Source of the DNA: Bdellovibrionales bacterium
GTDB lineage: Bacteria > Bdellovibrionota > Bdellovibrionia > Bdellovibrionales > JAUICD01
DNA: 64,000 nt
Reading direction: 5' to 3'
Assembly (NCBI GenBank): GCA_965262715.1
Contig: OZ253553.1
Span: 1,920,001-1,984,000, forward strand
Positions 1-10,254 of the stretch are shown here, piece by piece (the first letter of the stretch is position 1; each line of letters starts with the position of its first letter). Made by a program: the position numbers and the translations under genes. Below the pieces are notes generated by a model. It ran no database searches. It had not been told where the DNA came from and worked only from the letters and a program-made list of their open reading frames with translations.

Positions 1-562
1 TCATAGTCAACTGCTCTCCTAATGAGTGAGGTCTTCTTCCTTTAGGCCATTTAAAATCTTCTCTCCCACTGACTACAGACCACCTTGCCTCTGGAGGAAT
101 ATAAAAACGAACAAGGCTACGATCTATCTGGATTATTTCTAAAGCTTTCTGCTTACTACCAAATTCGTCTATGAGCTTTTGAATTTCGTCATCAAAAACA
201 TCTGAAAGACGTTTTATAAAAAGAAGTGGTAAAATATAATCTTTAAACTTAGGAGCATCTTTTTCACCTCTAATAGAACAAGCTGCGTTCCATAACATTT
301 GTTCCATTGATTTATGACTTAAAATAGAATTCTTTGGAATACCTCTTTTTACACGTTCAGATGTCATCTTCGTATCCGTGTACTCATCTATATAGGCCAC
401 TTCATTGTATAAGGCGTTAATTTTTTCCTTTGCTGACTTTTTAAAAGAAGTTCTGCTATTTTCCCAACGGTTGACAGTTGCAAAAGATACTCCTAATTTA
501 GAGGCAAGTTCCTCTTGACTGTACCCAAGTTTCTTTCTTATCTGTAATAGCTTGTCCCTCAT
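1..562 (-). CDS. hsdM: Type I restriction-modification methyltransferase subunit M with N-terminal XRE-family HTH (partial, runs off window start)
   Basis: Not in the ORF track; translated by hand from ATG at 562: MRDKLLQIRKKLGYSQEELASKLGVSFATVNRWEN (XRE HTH), then SMEQMLWNAACSIRGEKDAPKFKDYILPLLFIKRLSD (HsdM N-terminal domain). Confidence 0.85.
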   Translation of the reverse strand, partial: MRDKLLQIRKKLGYSQEELASKLGVSFATVNRWENSRTSFKKSAKEKINALYNEVAYIDEYTDTKMTSERVKRGIPKNSILSHKSMEQMLWNAACSIRGEKDAPKFKDYILPLLFIKRLSDVFDDEIQKLIDEFGSKQKALEIIQIDRSLVRFYIPPEARWSVVSGREDFKWPKGRRPHSLGEQLTM

Positions 563-596
563 TCTTGACCCCTTTATTTTTAAATTTTGATATATT

Positions 597-628
597 TTAT
601 GTTATAACATAACTTATAGTATTGTCAA
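597..628 (-). promoter_or_regulatory. sigma70-like promoter of HTH-hsdM overlapped by a perfect 16-bp palindrome (putative operator)
   Basis: Minus strand TTGACA-N16-TATAAC; TTATGTTATAACATAA at 597-612 is a perfect palindrome covering the -10. Confidence 0.6.
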
Positions 629-834
629 ACGCAAATTTAAGTTTGATGGTTGAGAATAATATACGGTTCATAAATAGTTAAGGCAAAAATATTCATTTTG
701 TCAGGCTGTTAAAGTCTGTGAAGCCAAATTTTCTGTGACATGAGTATAAAATCCATCAAATGAAATGTAAATTGTTTTTGATTCTTGTTTTGCAGGGTCT
801 TTATATTTTCAGGATTTTTTATGAGTTTTATAGG

Positions 835-1272
835 TCATTGCCTAGAAAGTCTGATGCATTTTAGTAAGAAGGATCTCTTCATTTTCTTATACCATGTTAA
901 GGAAATATTCTTTTTTGCCGATATGCAATAAAAATCCTCGAATGTACCATGACTTAAAGAGTCTTCTTTAAAGACAAATTTTAGTTGCATTTTTGACTCA
1001 TCCAAAGGTTGAACAATAACCTTTGAAAATAAATTCTGATAGGTTGCTCTAAGAGAAATTAAGTCATTTTTATTAATATAATTAAGATCTCTTGTTATAT
1101 TTTTAAAGCTTTTTTTATCAAAATTAAAACCTTGTATATTAGAAAGTTGTTTTTGAAGTAACTGAAGTTGATTTTTTTTTGGAAGGAATAGGTGGTTATT
1201 CATGAATGATGATATGGTTGAAAAAATTGAATCTTCTTTTAATGATTTTATAAAAAAGTTTGAAAAGATCAA
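835..1272 (-). CDS. Hypothetical protein; C-terminus runs into a dispersed repeat
   Basis: 145-aa ORF directly downstream of 1286-1639; no recognisable motif. Confidence 0.35.
   Translation of the reverse strand: MIFSNFFIKSLKEDSIFSTISSFMNNHLFLPKKNQLQLLQKQLSNIQGFNFDKKSFKNITRDLNYINKNDLISLRATYQNLFSKVIVQPLDESKMQLKFVFKEDSLSHGTFEDFYCISAKKNISLTWYKKMKRSFLLKCIRLSRQ
836..906 (-). repeat. Degenerate copy of structured repeat family A core
   Basis: cattgcctagaaagtctgatgcattttagtaag...atgttaaggaaat matches 27961-28033. Confidence 0.65.
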
Positions 1273-1285
1273 AGATAAGAAATAA

Positions 1286-1639
1286 TTAAAGTTTTTCTTC
1301 CTTTAGCTGTGGGTGTATAATTATGAGCCTTTTAGTTCTTTTAATATAGGAATGATGTATCAAATATAAGGCAAATATGGATGATAAGCAAATACCCCCC
1401 ATTATTAATCTATGAGTGTCTTTTCCATAGCTCTCAATAATTCCTATAGAGTAAAGTAATGCATAAAATAAATCATAAAAATTAGACATTTGCCCGGCAA
1501 TTAACCAGATTAAAATAAATTTTAAAACACCTTTAAAAAGTCCACCATTAGTTTTAAAAAATCGAAATAATAACCATATAAAGAGCCAAGTAATTCCCAC
1601 ATAGCAAATAAAGGTAAGTAAAAAGGCTTGGTAAGTCAC
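1286..1639 (-). CDS. Hypothetical membrane protein (about 3 TM segments)
   Basis: 117-aa hydrophobic ORF with an upstream sigma28-like promoter. Confidence 0.55.
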   Translation of the reverse strand: MTYQAFLLTFICYVGITWLFIWLLFRFFKTNGGLFKGVLKFILIWLIAGQMSNFYDLFYALLYSIGIIESYGKDTHRLIMGGICLSSIFALYLIHHSYIKRTKRLIIIHPQLKEEKL

Positions 1640-1663
1640 AATACATCCTAAATATATCTATAT

Positions 1664-1690
1664 ATATCGGAGAATTGAAATAAGACTTTA
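1664..1690 (-). promoter_or_regulatory. sigma28 (FliA)-like promoter
   Basis: TAAA-N15-TCCGATAT on the minus strand upstream of 1639. Confidence 0.55.
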
Positions 1691-1850
1691 ATTAATGTTT
1701 TTTTAGTTATGTTCGATACCTTTATCTTTACAAATCTTCTTATGTCAAGCTGTGTTAAGAGACCGATTGATTTTCTTTAATTAATTATGTATTAATTTAT
1801 TTCGGAATCAAACTCAATCCAGGAATGTCCACAGAGAAAGGTCAATATTA

Positions 1851-2105
1851 ATGTTTATTAGTCAAATGAAACTCAAAAACTTTCGCTGTTTTAAATATCC
1901 GCAAATTATACGCTTAGCACTCCTTACATTGCTTATTGGGAAAAATAGAACTGGCAAGACCCCGTTTATGGCTATGCTCCGAATACTTATGGGCATTGTG
2001 CATGGTAGAGATCCCAATTTCAACGAATATCCTTATGATCTAGGAACTTTAAATGAAGTGGTCCACCACATTCCAATGTTAGACGAACCTGGGACCACCA
2101 AATAA
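1851..2105 (+). pseudogene. Truncated AAA/ABC-type ATPase N-terminus
   Basis: MKLKNFRCF...LTLLIGKNRTGKT Walker A, but the ORF stops after 84 aa. Confidence 0.65.
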
Positions 2106-2287
2106 TCCTTATGATGTAAGAACATAAGTGCCAAATCCAACAGTTTTTCTTATATCTGAAACCTTATCTTTTTGAGATTTATTTTGATGAAATGATGCCT
2201 TAAGAGGTCTGGCGAGTTTACGAAAAGGCAATACGACTCCCGACTGATAGAAAATTTTTCTAGAAGATATGGAATGATGATGAAAAA

Positions 2288-2449
2288 TCACTTAAAGCAA
2301 TACCTTGCCAGCTTAATTTTGAGTCTTCTAAAGATGATATTCTTGATAACTTTTATATACCTGTTTTAAAAAGAGTGAAGAGATATGATCACATGGCAGA
2401 TTTCTTTAGCTCATCATCATTAGCTATAGCAGTTAATGAATTTTCATAA
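2288..2449 (+). pseudogene. N-terminal remnant of an SF2 helicase/restriction-type protein
   Basis: Hand translation SLKAIPCQLNFESSKDDILDNFYIPVLKRVKRYDHMADFFSSSSLAIA resembles the DFYIP..YDR..GYFSSS start of PLD/SF2 helicase fusions; no start codon; ends at the Avs4 stop. Confidence 0.5.
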
Positions 2450-5400
2450 TATATCTTCCCTTAAGCGATAAGCGGTTGCTGAACCTTTTTCAATTAAAAA
2501 GTTTAAAATAATAAGAATTTGTTCTTTTATCTGTAAAGTTGTTTTAATCTTATAACGATTATTTAAAACGTATCTTCTTGCAATATTTTCCATATAAAAA
2601 ACAGTATTAATTTCTAAGTTTTCTGTGGATAAGGGTGGATTGTTTTTTATCATATCACTTATCAAAAATATCCCATCTTCTCTAAAATCATTTTCAATAT
2701 CATTTAGTAATATTGAAACAGAATATAAAACTGAGGGATGATGTCCCATATCTTTTGAAACTTTTTTGAAAAATAATTTTCTCTGATCTCTTAATGTGTG
2801 CAGATTTGTCTTGTCTTTCTTCCATAATGCTCCTACTAATAAATAATTATGAATAATTGCTTTGTCGAAGAAGGAATATGAAGTAGAATGACTAATCTCA
2901 ACTATTTTAGGATAAAAAATATTCCACACAATCCAGAAATTTTCACATTCGTTTAAATTATCTTCCGCAAGAATAAAATTTGCAAAAAAGTTTTCTGAAT
3001 TTTTTTGCTTTCTCAAATAATAAAAGTTATTAATAAATGGCTGAAGATATTGCTTAATCTCATTCTTATTGGAAGCGAGAACAAAATGTGAAAATTTATT
3101 TAAAAATTTTGACTTCAATTCATAATTATTGGCTCTGTTATTCTGTATAAAGATTTTTTCTGTACAAATAGGGATAATAAGATTTGCAAATTTTTTATGC
3201 TCCTCATTTTTAGTTTTTAAAGGCAAAAGCTCAAAGGCTGTTATTAAAATGTTCAAGTTTAATTCGGTTAAATGGCATTCTTCAGATAGTGTTTTATATG
3301 TTAATTTATTTGTAATTACTTGCCCTATTTCTTTTTTATATTTTTCTGAAAAGCTTTTTAATATTTTATTTTCCTCATATTTATAGTTGTGATTTTTATA
3401 ATTTTCTTTTTGTATTTCTTTTAATAAGTCATCAAACTTTGGTTTTAATAATAAATATCCTAAAAATAGTGAATGAGCATCTTCAAAGTTTTCTTGCCAT
3501 ATATCTGAAATTGCTTTTATTATAATAGGGTCATTGAAATCCATCCCTTCTTTTTCGACAAGCAGTTTTAATAATATCCGCTTTATTTGATCTTTCTCTT
3601 CAGGAAATAAGTTTATTAAAAGAGGCAGTGTTGCAATTTCCATACTTGTATTAGTTATAACATAGTACTGACTACCATTTTGAAGTATTCGAAGAACATA
3701 TTTTATAATGGTTCTTTTACAAAATATTTTATCTCTTTGACTCAATTGATCAAAATAATCACGAATTAAGACAGCACAAGCATATAGAGGAATTGAATAA
3801 TTAATTAAAAGAAATCCATTAATATCATTTTGATCATTGTCAAATGAAGGAAGCTGTTGCCCTTTAGGAAAAAGAGGGTAAGGCCTTATTTTATTAAATG
3901 TTTTAATAATACTTCTTATGTCCTTAATAACTAGTTTTGGATTGTTTTCATATTTTTTAAATTGTTTATATTTTTTTTCTTTGTTGTTTTTGAATTTATA
4001 TTCTGCCCATAACCTTAGTGATTGGTACTGACTTTGATTGGAAATTTCCTTTAACTTCTCTTCACTATGTTTTTTTAATTGAGGATCCATTTCTGATTGA
4101 TATCTTATAAAGCTTTTCCCATCTATCTCTTCAACTTTTTGCCTCATCTTTCTTATGTCCATTCTAGCTAAACATAATCTCCAAATTTTATCTGATTCTA
4201 TTTCATTAGATGGCAGCTGTTGATAATATTCATCAAAAATTTTCCATAAAACTTTTTGTCTGTTTTTTACTTCTTTGTTATTAGATTGAGGAAGTTGATA
4301 ATAAAAAGCTAATTCTTCAAGTGACATTCTTTTTCTATGATTTAATCTATCGGATTTATTTCTTTCATCTGCATAAAGTTGCTCTATATAACTTTCATTA
4401 AATCTACTTGCAAGAGGAAAAGTATGGATTTGATCAGAAGTTAATCGCTTTTTGTCATAAAGAAAAAATTCTTTCGTTTGAAAAAGCACTTTTGCAACAT
4501 TAAAAGTTTTTTCAGGATAGGCTAAAACAATACTTGTCACTACAGCTGTAATAGAGGCAGATTTCGAATTTTTCAAAAGATATAACAAGTGATTTTCCAA
4601 TATATTTGAGTCTAAATCTTGACAATTTGTAAGAAAGTAACTCTCCAAAGCCATGTGTATTGATTCTAAAAGATGTGGCGAGGTTTGAGTTCCTCTATAC
4701 ATATTCCACAACCTACCACTAATATATTGTTTTATAGAATTTTTTTTATCAATCAAAACTTCAACTTCTTCTAGTTCATTTGTAAATTTAGATTTTGTGA
4801 AGCTATCAATAGTTTTGTTTGTAAAAGATAAAATAAAGTCAACTGTCTGTTTGAATGATGAAATAAGAAGGAAAGGTATTGGTGTTTTTAAAGCACTTGG
4901 AGGGTAATAGTTAAAATTATCATCTGTTGTTACAGAAAAAAATTCTTTAATATCACGACCTGACTGAAACATGTTTTCATGAGGATGTTTAAACCAAGAA
5001 AGGTCTGCTAAAGCTATTACTTGCTCAGGCAGATGTTTTACTATTTCAACACAGTCTTCTATTGATGATAAAATTGTATGAATTAATTCATAATGTTCGT
5101 TGTCGTAATTAGTTATTTTTTTAGATATGACTAGTTGGAAAATTTTTATTAGCTCATCTTTTATTTCAAAGGATCCATTTAATATTGTTCTTATAATTTG
5201 TTTTTCTATTTCTTTATTATACTTAAAATCATTTATATTTTTTTTGTAATAAAATAAGGCTAATTGGCTTGAGTTTTTTGTTGTATCGCCTTGTTTGTTT
5301 TTCTGATTCCAATCATCAATTATTTGTGAAATGAAAGTAATATAATGTAATCCAATTTCTTCTTTGTGTTTATTAATAAAGTCTATTGTACAGTCCCACC

Positions 5401-7270
5401 CTTTACCTTTTGGTTTTGTAAATATAGTTCTTAATACCTCTTTATATTGATTTATTTTTGGTAATATATTAAAAATACTTTCATCCGCTTCTTTACAAGC
5501 AATTCTTAGTAAGAAAAGAATCTTATACAATAATCCTTGTGTATATTGAGACTTACTATCTGACATTTTTTGTGGAGTTTTTAATAATTCTGACTCAAAT
5601 ATTTTAAAAAAATTATAGCAATAATCAGAAAGTAAAACAGAAACTAAAATTTCATCTTTCCAATGGCTTTCAACTTGTGTGTCATTAATAGTAACTTCAA
5701 TAAGTCTTTTGGCGTTTTCATCACTTATAAAAAGTTTTTCAGAAAGCCAGCCCCTAAAGGCTCTACGAATTGACAAAGAGTCTCCTATGTTTTGATAAAA
5801 ATTTTTGTAACAAGTATTAGTTACAAAATCTCTTTCAATAATTTTATCCAGTGCCCATTCTTCACAAATATCATGGGTTATAAAATAACCACCTGAATTA
5901 GGGTCGTATTCAATAATCTCATCAGATTGCAATGCATAGAGTATTTTATTATCATATTCAATGTCTGTTACAAAAAAACAATTAGTATCCACTCTTTTTT
6001 GAACAATTTTTAAAAAACACTCTTCTCTTCTTTTGTGAGTGTTATTTTGTCGATAAGATGAATTTAATATTTTTCTCTCCCATATAATTTTCTTAAAATC
6101 TGAATAATCTGCATTTTTTATTAAATCATTGTAATTTTTTAAATACTCACTAAAATAAAAAGGAATTTGTAAAAGCCCACAAAATTTTTGATTTGTTGGA
6201 AGATTAAAATTATAATTTTTAGAAAAATCAATAAGTTCTTCAGTTTTTAAATTTGTGACATTTAAAGCAGTAGAATTAATATTATAAATGTTTGAAAGTT
6301 GATATTTGAGATCATCAAGGTAACTATGTCTTACAGTAAATATAGCCTTCCAGCCATATTTAAGAAGGGAAGATAGAAATTCTTTAAAAGGTTCCTGATT
6401 TTCTATATCAGATAATTTTTCGGCTGAATCGATTACAATATATTTTTCATTAACATTTTGAAATTCTTCTGCAAAATCTATAAATGTAAAATTTCCATAA
6501 TTTTTTAATAGACTATTGATATGAGATATCTTGAATTCCATAGCTTTAAATATAAAAAAAGCAGATGAATTTTTATTTTCAATATTGTCATAGAAATTTT
6601 TTATAATTGCTGTTTTTCCTACACCAGCTTCTCCACTTAAAATAATTGCTGGAGATTTTTTTAGAGCTTCTTCTAAAGTTTTCAAAATATTTGATCTATC
6701 TATTTTTATTTTATTTCCTTTATATATTATTTCTGATTGTATTGGTTGTAGAATTAATTTTGTATGAGAAGATAACTTGTTAATGAAATCAAATATACTT
6801 TTTTCATTGCTAAAAAAATATTGAGCAATTCTTTCATTTTCTTCGCAAACAAAAGGGGATTCAAAAAAGCTTGCAGTTTTCCAAACTATGCTTATATTTT
6901 TAGATTGTGCATGATTTTCAATTTTTATTATATATTTAGGCTTGGGACTTGATCCCTGTCCGGAATCTTTATTGATATAAAAAAATATTTTGTTGATTCC
7001 TGGATATTTTCTTGTTGCATCATCTATAGATTTTATGAGATCTCGTTTATGCTCTGATAATCTTGTATTGTAAAATTTTGCCTGAAAGCCAATTTTTTCT
7101 CCATTAAAATCAATTGGATTTGTCTCAATCCCAACCTGATTTGTATAGCGGGAGATACCTTTAGGTTGATCACACTCTTTACAAAATAAGAGATAGCAAA
7201 GCCATTCAAAAGTTTCCTGCTCTTTTCCACTAAATTTTGCTTCAAAAATTTTCCAATTTATTTCAATCAT
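2444..7270 (-). CDS. avs4: AVAST type 4-like antiphage STAND NTPase with N-terminal nuclease
   Basis: ~1600 aa; N-terminus INWKIFEAKF..FEWLCYLLFC..GFQAKFY (Mrr-like nuclease), Walker A GEAGVGKT, Walker B YIVIDSAE, long helical C-terminus ending GSATAYRLREDIL; likely start MIEINW at 7270 (ORF track starts at 7309). Confidence 0.85.
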   Translation of the reverse strand: MIEINWKIFEAKFSGKEQETFEWLCYLLFCKECDQPKGISRYTNQVGIETNPIDFNGEKIGFQAKFYNTRLSEHKRDLIKSIDDATRKYPGINKIFFYINKDSGQGSSPKPKYIIKIENHAQSKNISIVWKTASFFESPFVCEENERIAQYFFSNEKSIFDFINKLSSHTKLILQPIQSEIIYKGNKIKIDRSNILKTLEEALKKSPAIILSGEAGVGKTAIIKNFYDNIENKNSSAFFIFKAMEFKISHINSLLKNYGNFTFIDFAEEFQNVNEKYIVIDSAEKLSDIENQEPFKEFLSSLLKYGWKAIFTVRHSYLDDLKYQLSNIYNINSTALNVTNLKTEELIDFSKNYNFNLPTNQKFCGLLQIPFYFSEYLKNYNDLIKNADYSDFKKIIWERKILNSSYRQNNTHKRREECFLKIVQKRVDTNCFFVTDIEYDNKILYALQSDEIIEYDPNSGGYFITHDICEEWALDKIIERDFVTNTCYKNFYQNIGDSLSIRRAFRGWLSEKLFISDENAKRLIEVTINDTQVESHWKDEILVSVLLSDYCYNFFKIFESELLKTPQKMSDSKSQYTQGLLYKILFLLRIACKEADESIFNILPKINQYKEVLRTIFTKPKGKGWDCTIDFINKHKEEIGLHYITFISQIIDDWNQKNKQGDTTKNSSQLALFYYKKNINDFKYNKEIEKQIIRTILNGSFEIKDELIKIFQLVISKKITNYDNEHYELIHTILSSIEDCVEIVKHLPEQVIALADLSWFKHPHENMFQSGRDIKEFFSVTTDDNFNYYPPSALKTPIPFLLISSFKQTVDFILSFTNKTIDSFTKSKFTNELEEVEVLIDKKNSIKQYISGRLWNMYRGTQTSPHLLESIHMALESYFLTNCQDLDSNILENHLLYLLKNSKSASITAVVTSIVLAYPEKTFNVAKVLFQTKEFFLYDKKRLTSDQIHTFPLASRFNESYIEQLYADERNKSDRLNHRKRMSLEELAFYYQLPQSNNKEVKNRQKVLWKIFDEYYQQLPSNEIESDKIWRLCLARMDIRKMRQKVEEIDGKSFIRYQSEMDPQLKKHSEEKLKEISNQSQYQSLRLWAEYKFKNNKEKKYKQFKKYENNPKLVIKDIRSIIKTFNKIRPYPLFPKGQQLPSFDNDQNDINGFLLINYSIPLYACAVLIRDYFDQLSQRDKIFCKRTIIKYVLRILQNGSQYYVITNTSMEIATLPLLINLFPEEKDQIKRILLKLLVEKEGMDFNDPIIIKAISDIWQENFEDAHSLFLGYLLLKPKFDDLLKEIQKENYKNHNYKYEENKILKSFSEKYKKEIGQVITNKLTYKTLSEECHLTELNLNILITAFELLPLKTKNEEHKKFANLIIPICTEKIFIQNNRANNYELKSKFLNKFSHFVLASNKNEIKQYLQPFINNFYYLRKQKNSENFFANFILAEDNLNECENFWIVWNIFYPKIVEISHSTSYSFFDKAIIHNYLLVGALWKKDKTNLHTLRDQRKLFFKKVSKDMGHHPSVLYSVSILLNDIENDFREDGIFLISDMIKNNPPLSTENLEINTVFYMENIARRYVLNNRYKIKTTLQIKEQILIILNFLIEKGSATAYRLREDIL

Positions 7271-7712
7271 CTTGAAAAGCATCCTCTCTGACTTATCTTG
7301 GAATACCAAAATTAGGCTTTATCATTCCATCGTTTTAAATAATACATTATTCTCTAGAGTTGATCTAAACCACTATTATCTTTAAAATTTTCTCTTTCTT
7401 CTACAATATGTTTCTTTAGTCCTTCAGCGTCAGATGTTTTCCATGTTCCATCTTTAGAAGATAAACATAAAAAGTAATCCGTTGCTACCAACTAATAGAG
7501 GTTAAACATTACTCTTATTTCTTAAAAAAGTTTTTTGATGATTTCAATGGTTTTTAGCTCTCTTTTATGATCTATGACTTTACCACTCATTTTTTTCTTG
7601 CCATAAACGTGACTATTATACTTGTGGTGGCATCTTGAAGGCTCTCTTAATGGAATTTTGTATTTTAAAAGTAGGCCTCTAATCGAACTTTTTTGTGAAT
7701 TGGTCTTACTTT

Positions 7713-7946
7713 TCAAAAGAGTGAATCATAAGTTGTGCTTTTATCTCGACCTAGCTGCGTAGCAATTGAACTTATTGATTTTCCACTTTTCAAAAGAGCT
7801 AAAATCTGGTATCTCTCACATTGGGTTAGATGAGTGTACTTACTCATGGAATACTCCTTTCGTTATGTAAAGCTATTGATTAGAGTATTCCTCTAACCCG
7901 CTTTAAACAACTATGCAAGGAGTTGCACTTACAACTTGAATCCACC
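7713..7946 (-). mobile_element. IS30-family remnant (one end plus transposase N-terminal HTH)
   Basis: End sequence GGTGGATTCAAGTTGTAAGTGCAAC (7946-7922), RBS, then MSKYTHLTQCERYQILALLKSGKSISSIATQLGRDKST at 7847-7713, truncated. Confidence 0.75.
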
Positions 7947-8382
7947 AAAGATAAATAGAGCTTTTGAAAATATTACATACTCCACTGTAAAAACCCTATA
8001 AGTGGTCTAACAATCAAATACTTCTATTTACCTAGGATCTAGGCATTCCGGCAATCTGTATCAGGCATTATCATTAGCGTTCAACCTTTGTATTTGAAAG
8101 CACTTTATACTGAATGCCAAATAATATAAGAATTGTAAAAGCCAATGATAAGAATGAGAAGGTATCTAAAGATTTTGATACGAGCACTTTGGACTTATAT
8201 TTGAAATAACAAATATCTGCTATATTCTCTCTGAGATTTAAGACCTAGAGTTATGGCAGGTTTCTGGAATAGGCCTAGGCCAGTGCCTTAGGAGACAAGG
8301 CTTGTATAAAATATTTTATCCTATAATAGCTTCTTAAAATAACAAAAATACAAGGCACGGGGGATGCCTGTTGCCTATGGAA

Positions 8383-10254
8383 GTCGAGTAGAATAGAGGA
8401 ATTTCACCCCTAAGCTCTCACAGAACCGTGCGTGACAGTCTCCCGTCACACGGCTCTTATCATTCCAAACCTTGTTATGGCAGTACCAGCTTCCAGTGTG
8501 TAAATAAATCTTGGTTTGCTCTCGCAAATCCTTTTAGCCATCTGTTGGACCTTCTAAAACTTCTTCTCATACTCTTTAAGGTCCTTCTTACCCACTTTAC
8601 CAGTACCCTGTTTATCCTTCGCAAAATTATAGAAAACGCTGAAGGATAATAGCTACAATAGTAATTCATCCAACCCCTTATTATCGGATTGTATTCCTTA
8701 GCTAATTCTTGTAGGCTCTTATCACTCCGCTTATCAAGTTTCCACTTCCTTACTCTTCTACTTATTGATCGCTTTGAACGACTACTTACCGCTGGAAGAA
8801 AACCTGTGAATATTTTACCTGTTTTCCCCTTGGCTCCTCGAGGACGATACGTGTATCCAAGAAAATCAAAACTGATCTCCACTTGTATCTTCCTCCCTTT
8901 GTAGTGCCCTCCGCAATAAACAAGCTTGGTCTTCTCTGGATGAAGGCTCAATCCTATTCTCTCTAACCCCCGTCCTATCGACTCCATCACTTCTTCTGCT
9001 TCTGATCTCGTCTTGCAGTGGATTATGCCATCGTCCGCATATCTAACTATACGTACCTCCAGATAATGTTCTGACATCCAACGATCAAATGCATAGTGTA
9101 AGAATAGATTTGACAATAAAGGACTGATCACTCCGCCTTGTGGCACACCTTTTGTTCTGGCTTGCTCAACTCCATCCTCGTTCATCGGCGCTTTTAACCA
9201 TCTCTCAATGTATAATAAAACCCACCACTCACTTATATGGTGTCGTACTGCCTTCTTCAGCAGTGTATGGTCTATATTGTCAAACATACCTTTGATATCA
9301 AACTTTATCACCCAATCGTATTTCCAATTCCTCTTTCTTACCACTCCTAGCACTTCTTTTGCTGATTTGCCAGGACGATAACCATAAGAATCCTTGTGAA
9401 ATATCTTGTCTAGTCTGACTTCAATCTGACGCTTCACCACCATCTGTGCTATCCGATCCTCTACCGTTGGAATTCCTAACTTACGCTTTCCTCCTTCTGC
9501 TTTTGGTATGCTTACAACTTTCACTGCCGGTGGATAGTATGAACCAGATGATAAACGATTCCAAAGCTTATATAGATTCTTCCCTATTTCTCGCTCAAAA
9601 TCCTTTATACTCTGACCATCTACTCCACTTGAGCCTTTGCTCGCTCGCACTGCTTTGTAAGCTTGCCATACCTTCCCTTTCGAAATATCCTCAAAAGGTT
9701 TAGCTTGTTCTGTTGCTTTTGCCTTCTTACTTGTTCTAGTTGTGGCAATCACTACAGATGAATGATGTGATCCCTTCGCACGAATTGCTATTACACCTCT
9801 CGTATCGCTACTACGAATCACTCCGCCCCTTAAATTGACTTTGGTACTCTCGCTCTTATGAGGTATTCTCATTTGTAACTTCTCCCTTTACATTCAATTT
9901 AAGGTTCTCAAGTTCCTTGCATTGGCCTGGACAGAATTCATGCCACCTTAGTGCCAGATGCCGCTTAACCGGTAAACAGGTAACCGTTAAGCTCTTCATG
10001 GATTTCAGTTCCTAATCCACTTTTGGCTATCTTCTCTATGGTTTTGACAGGTCTACAGTGGTTCATTTACATTCATCTCTTCTATCCTTACTTGACGATT
10101 TCTTTATCGCCTTTTCCTCGTTGGCTTCCCGTTGAACTCCTTAGAATTCATCCGTTACGAGGTGGTTTCAAACCCGCTCCTGTAAGCCGATCTCGAGGGG
10201 ACTACCCTCATCCTTTGCAAAGCATGGAAACTGTTTGTTTCCTTCTTGACGCCC
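8383..10254 (-). mobile_element. Group II intron (bacterial class D-like)
   Basis: 5' end GGGCGTCAAGAAGG; domain V GAGCCGTGTGACGGGAGACTGTCACGCACGGTTC; domain VI ending ...TACTCGAC at 8383; RT ORF inside. Confidence 0.9.
8475..9872 (-). CDS. ltrA: Group II intron reverse transcriptase/maturase, no endonuclease domain
   Basis: GVDG, RKLGIPTVEDRIAQ, FDIKGMFDNIDH, GVPQGGVISPLLSN, RYADD, maturase NPIIRGWMNYY; true start uncertain. Confidence 0.93.
   Translation of the reverse strand: MRIPHKSESTKVNLRGGVIRSSDTRGVIAIRAKGSHHSSVVIATTRTSKKAKATEQAKPFEDISKGKVWQAYKAVRASKGSSGVDGQSIKDFEREIGKNLYKLWNRLSSGSYYPPAVKVVSIPKAEGGKRKLGIPTVEDRIAQMVVKRQIEVRLDKIFHKDSYGYRPGKSAKEVLGVVRKRNWKYDWVIKFDIKGMFDNIDHTLLKKAVRHHISEWWVLLYIERWLKAPMNEDGVEQARTKGVPQGGVISPLLSNLFLHYAFDRWMSEHYLEVRIVRYADDGIIHCKTRSEAEEVMESIGRGLERIGLSLHPEKTKLVYCGGHYKGRKIQVEISFDFLGYTYRPRGAKGKTGKIFTGFLPAVSSRSKRSISRRVRKWKLDKRSDKSLQELAKEYNPIIRGWMNYYCSYYPSAFSIILRRINRVLVKWVRRTLKSMRRSFRRSNRWLKGFARANQDLFTHWKLVLP

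Noticed and set aside
7330..7716. Short ORF fragments upstream of avs4
   Set aside because: Possibly gene debris, but no recognisable family
8475..9872. Retron or defence RT
   Set aside because: Maturase domain plus flanking domain V/VI identify a group II intron
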